From an uncultured Candidatus Saccharibacteria bacterium (GTDB taxonomy: Bacteria; Patescibacteriota; Minisyncoccia; Phycocordibacterales; UBA12088): a stretch of 64,000 bases of DNA. Location of the stretch: positions 17,907-81,906 of the forward strand of contig CAZLUD010000002.1 of NCBI GenBank assembly GCA_964562615.1, written 5' to 3'. The position numbers and the translations under genes were made by a program. This document shows positions 59,002 to 64,000 of this stretch, piece after piece. Numbering within the stretch: the first letter of the stretch is position 1; every line of letters starts with the position of its first letter. The notes below the pieces were generated by a model. That model was not told where the DNA came from. It did not search any database and was given only the letters and a program-made list of their open reading frames with translations.

Positions 59002-59394
59002 TTAACGCTTGCTCCACTGAGGTGCCTTTCTTGCCTTCTTGAGACCGAATTTACGTCGCTCCTTTGTTCGAGGGTCTCGCTTGAGGAATCCAGCCTTCTT
59101 AAGTGGCGTTCTCAGTGCGCTCTGGTGCTCGCTGATAGCTCGTGAGATACCATGACGTATTGCCTCAGCTTGTGAAGCGCTACCGCCGCCGTTTACATGC
59201 GCAGAGACAGCAAATGTATTTACGCCCTCAACATGAAATGCTTCAGTAGCCACCTTTTGGAGGGTGCTTGTTTTGAAGTATTCAACTACAGGCTTGTCGT
59301 TAACAACAAGAGACTGTGTTTTTGCAGGCACAAGACGAACTCGTGCTACTGATGTCTTTCTTCGTCCAACTGTTTCGATGTATCTCTCTGACAT
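59002..59394 (-). CDS. rpsI: 30S ribosomal protein S9
   Basis: C-terminus [12 protein letters not shown]. Confidence 0.92.
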   Translation of the reverse strand: MSERYIETVGRRKTSVARVRLVPAKTQSLVVNDKPVVEYFKTSTLQKVATEAFHVEGVNTFAVSAHVNGGGSASQAEAIRHGISRAISEHQSALRTPLKKAGFLKRDPRTKERRKFGLKKARKAPQWSKR

Positions 59395-59396
59395 AA

Positions 59397-59780
59397 TTAT
59401 TTTTCGTTAATCAGAAGGCGCTTCAACATTCTGTCTCTCAGTTTGTTTTTTGGAAGCATGCCACTTATTGCTCGTATCAACAATTCCTTACCTCCTTTCT
59501 TTGCGATAAGGTCCTTGAGTATTTCTCGTTTTTGATTTCCTGGATAGCCTGAGTAGCTGTAGTACGCCTTATCGTTTCGCTTATTCTCATCAATAGTGAG
59601 TGAGCCAGCATTCTCAATAACCACCTTGCCCTCGCCTTCTTTGTGGCGAGCGTAATGAGGCGTGTCTTTGCCCATAAGGATGGTTGCAGCTTCAGAAGCT
59701 ACTCTTCCGAGCCTCTTTCCTTTTGCGTCAATTGTGTAAATTTTTTCATTCATACGTTGAGAATTGAGCGTACTATACAA
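59397..59780 (-). CDS. rplM: 50S ribosomal protein L13
   Basis: [16 protein letters not shown]...GMLPKN. Confidence 0.9.
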   Translation of the reverse strand: MYSTLNSQRMNEKIYTIDAKGKRLGRVASEAATILMGKDTPHYARHKEGEGKVVIENAGSLTIDENKRNDKAYYSYSGYPGNQKREILKDLIAKKGGKELLIRAISGMLPKNKLRDRMLKRLLINEK

Positions 59781-60126
59781 ATGCGATTTTGGCTACGCTT
59801 CGGGCATCCATTCCTCGCTGACCCATCTTAACTATTCGAGTATATCCACCAGCTCGGTCTTTATACTTTGGTGCAAGGACAGTAAATAGCTTTGCAACAA
59901 CCTCTTCATCGTTATTAACTCGAGATGCGATAAGTCGTCTGCTTGAAAGAGTGTCTACCTTTGCCTTTGTGATGAGCTTCTCTACTGCTGGGCGTAGCGC
60001 CTTTGCCTTTGCTTCTGTGGTGGTAATAACATCACGCAATACAAGCTCACGTACCAAAGACATGATAAGCGCGTTGCGTTCATTTCGGCTGCGTCCTAGT
60101 GTATTAAGTTTAGCTCCGTGCTTCAT
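59773..60126 (-). CDS. rplQ: 50S ribosomal protein L17
   Basis: MKHGAKLNTLGRSRNER. Confidence 0.9.
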   Translation of the reverse strand: MKHGAKLNTLGRSRNERNALIMSLVRELVLRDVITTTEAKAKALRPAVEKLITKAKVDTLSSRRLIASRVNNDEEVVAKLFTVLAPKYKDRAGGYTRIVKMGQRGMDARSVAKIAFV

Positions 60127-60127
60127 A

Positions 60128-61126
60128 TTAGCTTCTTAGAGTTATACCAAAATTGCTGAGTGCTCGCTTTATCTCTTGAAGACCTTTTACTCCAAGTCCT
60201 TCAATCGCAAGAATATCGTCTTCTCTCTTTCTTGCAAGTCCACCAACAGTTCGTATGCCAGCAACGCCAAGAGCTGAAACTGTTCGTGTTGAAAGAGAAA
60301 GAGTTTCTATTCGTGTCTTTAGCATTTCAACATCATCTTCTTTGCCCTCATGAGTTTCTTTAGACTCCTTTACTGGGGCCTCAATTGCTCGTGATTCTTT
60401 TGCCTCCTCATCGCGAGAGAAGGTTTCTTTAGGATCCTGAAAACCAATAACTGACTTCAGTTGGTAGATCATTATCTCAATTGACTTCTCGAGTGCTTCC
60501 TTTGGAGTTACGGTGCCGTCAGTCTCAATAGTTATTCGAAGACGGTTGTAATCTGTTCTGTCACCTACGCGCATGTTTTCTACCTCGTAGTTAACTCGTC
60601 TAATTGGAGTAAATGCAGCATCAAGCGCGATAGTACCAACATCTACCTTGTCTTCCTGAATTTGCTCTCGAGGTACGTAACCAATGCCCTTTTGTACGGT
60701 AAGCTCAGCGTAGAATTCAGTCTTGCTCGTAACATCACAAATGTACTGCTCTGGGTTATGTACGCTTACTTGAGTAGGTAGTGTAAAGTCAGCCGCAGTA
60801 ACGTTTTTAGGACCCTTTATTTTAAGGGCAATAGTCTGAGTGTCGTCACCAATAAGTGAAAGACGAACCTTTTTGAGATTGAGAAGAATAGTGATGATGT
60901 CCTCCTTTACTCCTTCTTTAGTACTAAACTCATGAGGTACACCCTCAATTTTTACCTTAGTGATAGCTGCGCCTGGCAGAGAGGAGAGAATTATTCGTCG
61001 TAGTGAGTTACCAAGCGTATGGCCATATCCTGGATATAGACCATCAATCTCAAAGACACCTGAGTTTTGAGACTCAGAGACAATCTTTGGCTTTGATGGC
61101 AGTGTTACATGAAGTTCCATATGCAA
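60128..61126 (-). CDS. rpoA: DNA-directed RNA polymerase alpha subunit
   Basis: N-terminal dimerisation domain plus the C-terminal HhH alpha-CTD (LGVKGLQEIKRAL). Confidence 0.92.
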   Translation of the reverse strand: MHMELHVTLPSKPKIVSESQNSGVFEIDGLYPGYGHTLGNSLRRIILSSLPGAAITKVKIEGVPHEFSTKEGVKEDIITILLNLKKVRLSLIGDDTQTIALKIKGPKNVTAADFTLPTQVSVHNPEQYICDVTSKTEFYAELTVQKGIGYVPREQIQEDKVDVGTIALDAAFTPIRRVNYEVENMRVGDRTDYNRLRITIETDGTVTPKEALEKSIEIMIYQLKSVIGFQDPKETFSRDEEAKESRAIEAPVKESKETHEGKEDDVEMLKTRIETLSLSTRTVSALGVAGIRTVGGLARKREDDILAIEGLGVKGLQEIKRALSNFGITLRS

Positions 61127-61146
61127 AAATAAAATCCTAATAATTA

Positions 61147-61755
61147 CTATCGGCTATAAAATTCAAGTACCTGCGCAAGGTCAAACGGCATGTCAGTATT
61201 CTCTGCGTTTGGCTGTTCAAGGACGGTAGCAACAAGTGATGTATTTTCAAACTTTATCCAACGTGGTGCGGTGACATCAGCAATTTTCTCTTTCGCCTCA
61301 ACAATGTGAGCCTTTGACTTGCTTCCATCACGCACTTCGACAACGTCACCCTTTGAAAGATTATATGAAGGTACGGTAACGCGCTTTTTGTTAACCATAA
61401 CATGGCCATGAGCAGCCATCTGTCTTGCTGCTCGTCTTGTCTTGGTTAGACCTACACGATACAGCGTATTATCAAGTCGGCTCTCTAGCTTTGAAAGAAG
61501 CTCAGTCTTTGCTTCCTTACCGTGAGCAAGTGATTCATCAACATACTTTCTAAACTGTCGCTCGGTAATACCGTAGAGCATACGTACACGCTGCTTCTCA
61601 AGCATCTGCTTTGCAAAGTCAGACATATTACCTTTTGATCGCTTCTCTGATTTCTTAGATCGCTCCTCAGACAAAGAAAACTTTTGATTTTGGCACTTCT
61701 CAAAAACGCCATTACCAAGTCTCTTACAAATTTTGTATCGTGGTCCTGTTTTCAT
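61147..61755 (-). CDS. rpsD: 30S ribosomal protein S4
   Basis: MKTGPRYKICKRLG and an S4 domain. Confidence 0.92.
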   Translation of the reverse strand: MKTGPRYKICKRLGNGVFEKCQNQKFSLSEERSKKSEKRSKGNMSDFAKQMLEKQRVRMLYGITERQFRKYVDESLAHGKEAKTELLSKLESRLDNTLYRVGLTKTRRAARQMAAHGHVMVNKKRVTVPSYNLSKGDVVEVRDGSKSKAHIVEAKEKIADVTAPRWIKFENTSLVATVLEQPNAENTDMPFDLAQVLEFYSR

Positions 61756-61758
61756 ATA

Positions 61759-62193
61759 TTATACGCGTCTTGCTTTCTTAGGCCTTGGTCCATTGTGTGG
61801 GTTAGGCGTTCTGTCTTGTATATTTGAAACCTCAAATCCCTTACCCACAAAGGCGCGAAGAGCAGATTCTCTTCCTGATCCAACGCCGTTGATGACTACT
61901 GAAACAGTTTTGATACCCATCTGTCCAGCCTTTTCGCCAATAAGCTCCCCTACCTTAGCAGCAGCAAACGGGGTACTCTTTTTTGCTCCCTTAAATCCTA
62001 GTGCTCCTGCAGATGAGCTACTGACTACGTTACCCTTTTCATCGGTAAGAGTGATGGTGGTGTTGTTGTATGACGCAATAACATGGAGAACAGCTGAATC
62101 GAACCTTCTCTTTACAGACTTCGAAAGTGCTCGGGCTTTTAGGCCTTGATCAACTGATCCTCCTGGTTTTTTTACAATTCGTTTCTTACCCAT
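61759..62193 (-). CDS. rpsK: 30S ribosomal protein S11
   Basis: GVAHIKSTFNNTIVT-like core (VLHVIASYNNTTITL). Confidence 0.9.
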   Translation of the reverse strand: MGKKRIVKKPGGSVDQGLKARALSKSVKRRFDSAVLHVIASYNNTTITLTDEKGNVVSSSSAGALGFKGAKKSTPFAAAKVGELIGEKAGQMGIKTVSVVINGVGSGRESALRAFVGKGFEVSNIQDRTPNPHNGPRPKKARRV

Positions 62194-62207
62194 AGGTATT
62201 GTCAGTA

Positions 62208-62588
62208 TTATTTCTTCTCTACTGTCTTCTTACCAGAACCCATCGTCTTCTTTACCCCCTTCAATGTTCGTCCGTTTGTCTTTGTTCGTTGCCCTCTTGA
62301 AGGTAGCTTCTTTGAGTGACGTGAGCCTCTGTATGACTGGATATCCTTCAATCGCTTTATATGAGCACCTACAACACGTCTGAGCTCGCCTTCTATTGGA
62401 CCAAGTGACTCAATGTGCGTTCTTATTGCGTTCTCCTCGTTTTCTGAAAGGTCAGTCGGCTTTTTTGATGGGTCAATCTTGAGGTCGTGCAGAATTTTAA
62501 GAGCCTTGGGTCGTCCAATACCATACACTGCAGTGAGTGCAAATTCAAGGTGCTTCTTATCTGGAATGGTGATGCCTGAAATACGCAT
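62208..62588 (-). CDS. rpsM: 30S ribosomal protein S13
   Basis: MRISGITIPDKKHLEFALTAVYGIG. Confidence 0.92.
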   Translation of the reverse strand: MRISGITIPDKKHLEFALTAVYGIGRPKALKILHDLKIDPSKKPTDLSENEENAIRTHIESLGPIEGELRRVVGAHIKRLKDIQSYRGSRHSKKLPSRGQRTKTNGRTLKGVKKTMGSGKKTVEKK

Positions 62589-62589
62589 A

Positions 62590-62706
62590 TTATCCTTGTC
62601 GTTGTTTATTTCTTGGGTTCTTTTTGTTAATGACGTAAATACGCCCGCGTCTGCGGACTATTTTGTCGTCTGGACTTCTTTTTTTGATAGATGATCGAAC
62701 TTTCAT
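62590..62706 (-). CDS. rpmJ: 50S ribosomal protein L36, Cys-less (non-zinc) variant, 38 aa; absent from the ORF track
   Basis: [38 protein letters not shown]. It sits between rpsM and infA. The C/C/C/H zinc ligands are replaced. Confidence 0.8.
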   Translation of the reverse strand: MKVRSSIKKRSPDDKIVRRRGRIYVINKKNPRNKQRQG

Positions 62707-62732
62707 ACCTAGTTGTCTTTGTTCTCCATCAA

Positions 62733-62945
62733 TTAGAGACGTTTTACAATTCTTGCTTTACCACCGTAAGGGTCTAGCTCGACTCTTACCGAGTCGCCAA
62801 CCAAAACCTTAATTCTGTGTATTCTCATCTTCCCTGCAAGATATGCGAGGATTAATTCCCCACTTTCTTCCAAGCGGACTCTAAACAGAGTATTCGGGAG
62901 CGCCTCTTCAATGGTGCCCGTTTGCTGTTCGATCTGCTTATTCAT
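62733..62945 (-). CDS. infA: Translation initiation factor IF-1
   Basis: S1-like OB fold ...[22 protein letters not shown]. Confidence 0.9.
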   Translation of the reverse strand: MNKQIEQQTGTIEEALPNTLFRVRLEESGELILAYLAGKMRIHRIKVLVGDSVRVELDPYGGKARIVKRL

Positions 62946-62988
62946 GCCGGATTGACAAGGTTATGACATAGTACATGAGCCGGTATTC

Positions 62989-63951
62989 CTAGTCAAGCAC
63001 ATTGTCTATAGATATATCCTTTGCATCAACCGGAAAGGCCTGTTTCCAGAATGGTCGTAGGGTTACCTCAGCTTTATCGATGCTTGGGTAGCCAGAAAGC
63101 ACTGTATATAGCGCTTGTCTGTTTTTGCCAGCCAAATCCTTCTTTAGCGCCTCCGCATCAAAGAGCCATCTAAATTCAACAGTCCCTTTTATAGATAGCT
63201 GTACTGACGAAATAGTCGCTGAATCAGTGGGTATTGGAGTGGCAAGGGTTATTTCTAGGTCCGATAAGTTCTCGATCATCACGTCCTCATTGTTGTAGTC
63301 GGTAAGGCTCGCATTTGCGATTGCTTTTGCAAGTGCACGCTCATCAAGCATAATGTAGTCTGCATGTATTGCCTCCTCTACAACTACTGAGTTATCAACA
63401 TCCGCATTTTTTGGTTCAGCAGAGATAACAGAGACTTTTACAAGGTCTTTATCAACATAAAAGCCCTCCTTTTTTTCTGATTGTAGCTTTTTTTCAAGAG
63501 AGGAAAGGATCGCTGCGGTCATTTCTGCACGCGTAGAGGTAACAACCGCATCATCAGCTATTTGCTTAATACCATTGTATCCCCCGGTGATTGGCGTATT
63601 GGTTACTGCTTCAAAACCTGAGAATCGAGGAGAGCCAGAAAATCCGGGTATAGTCATTTTTGCTGAGGCAAGATTGTACTCCTCACCAGGAGCGTCAGCG
63701 TACAGTGTAGCGACAATTTTTCCTGGAACCACGTCACCATTTGGCTTCTTGGTTAAGCCAGGAACTTCAACTGCATCTCGGATTCTGTACACTTTTTTGT
63801 CAGCAGTTTCAAATCTAGTGTTGGCAATAAGACGCTGACTGTCTTCTGAATAGGTATTAATGATGGTGACCTCGCCTTTAGCGTACTCCTTAACTGACGC
63901 TTCCTTTACTGCAGGAATTACCTCCGTTTTGCTGTCGCTTAGTGACATCAC
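62989..63951 (-). CDS. Hypothetical protein (start uncertain; it may extend upstream towards the window end)
   Basis: 320-aa ORF in the position usually occupied by map/adk upstream of infA. No recognisable motif. Confidence 0.4.
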   Translation of the reverse strand: MMSLSDSKTEVIPAVKEASVKEYAKGEVTIINTYSEDSQRLIANTRFETADKKVYRIRDAVEVPGLTKKPNGDVVPGKIVATLYADAPGEEYNLASAKMTIPGFSGSPRFSGFEAVTNTPITGGYNGIKQIADDAVVTSTRAEMTAAILSSLEKKLQSEKKEGFYVDKDLVKVSVISAEPKNADVDNSVVVEEAIHADYIMLDERALAKAIANASLTDYNNEDVMIENLSDLEITLATPIPTDSATISSVQLSIKGTVEFRWLFDAEALKKDLAGKNRQALYTVLSGYPSIDKAEVTLRPFWKQAFPVDAKDISIDNVLD

Positions 63952-64000
63952 TTCAAAGGTAAGTGGTGCATTTGGTGAGTTATCTGCCCTAATCGTGCCG

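Noticed and set aside
1-64000. CRISPR arrays, rRNA genes, transposase/integrase genes
   Set aside because: No short regularly spaced direct repeats, no rRNA-like conserved stretches, and no DDE/tyrosine/serine recombinase ORFs were seen anywhere in the window.

Overview
This is a 64-kb window of a compact, moderately GC bacterial chromosome, most likely from a small-genome lineage (CPR/Patescibacteria-like gene content, short intergenic regions). Most of it is housekeeping. The mraZ-rsmH-ftsL-ftsI-murF half of the division/cell-wall (dcw) cluster sits at 3.9-8.6 kb on the + strand. The mraY-ftsW-murG half sits about 36 kb away at 42.3-45.6 kb on the - strand. Other housekeeping genes include greA, lysS, recR, dnaB, cysS, corA, ctpA, L9/L21/L27, zwf-pgl with a ROK kinase, gltX, scpAB, trpS, a class IIb Asn/Asp-tRNA synthetase, grpE-dnaK-dnaJ, and a ribosomal/rpoA cluster (S9, L13, L17, rpoA, S4, S11, S13, L36, infA) at the 3' end. 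The standout feature is an AT-rich accessory island of about 5.5 kb (9.09-14.56 kb) inserted at the 3' end of a tRNA-Glu(CUC) gene. It is bounded by a three-fold reiterated copy of the tRNA 3' end, 10-bp TCACAAATCG core direct repeats, 132-bp direct repeats and about 245-bp inverted repeats. The island carries no recombinase. Its cargo is a defence module: a leaderless C-protein (controller) gene with a C-box-like palindromic operator, a Dam-like m6A methyltransferase, a small PD-ExK nuclease (candidate restriction endonuclease), a second amino-methyltransferase, and a 602-aa OLD-family ABC-ATPase/TOPRIM nuclease. Other points of note: two compact promoter-to-terminator structured ncRNA candidates (38.24-38.44 kb and 45.70-45.90 kb); a 31-aa hydrophobic peptide ORF with a strong RBS; a 50-aa lmo0937-family membrane protein missed by the ORF track; a Met/His-rich DUF305 plus His-tailed YibE/F metal module; an acyl-ACP-reductase-like gene next to plsC; and a Cys-less L36.
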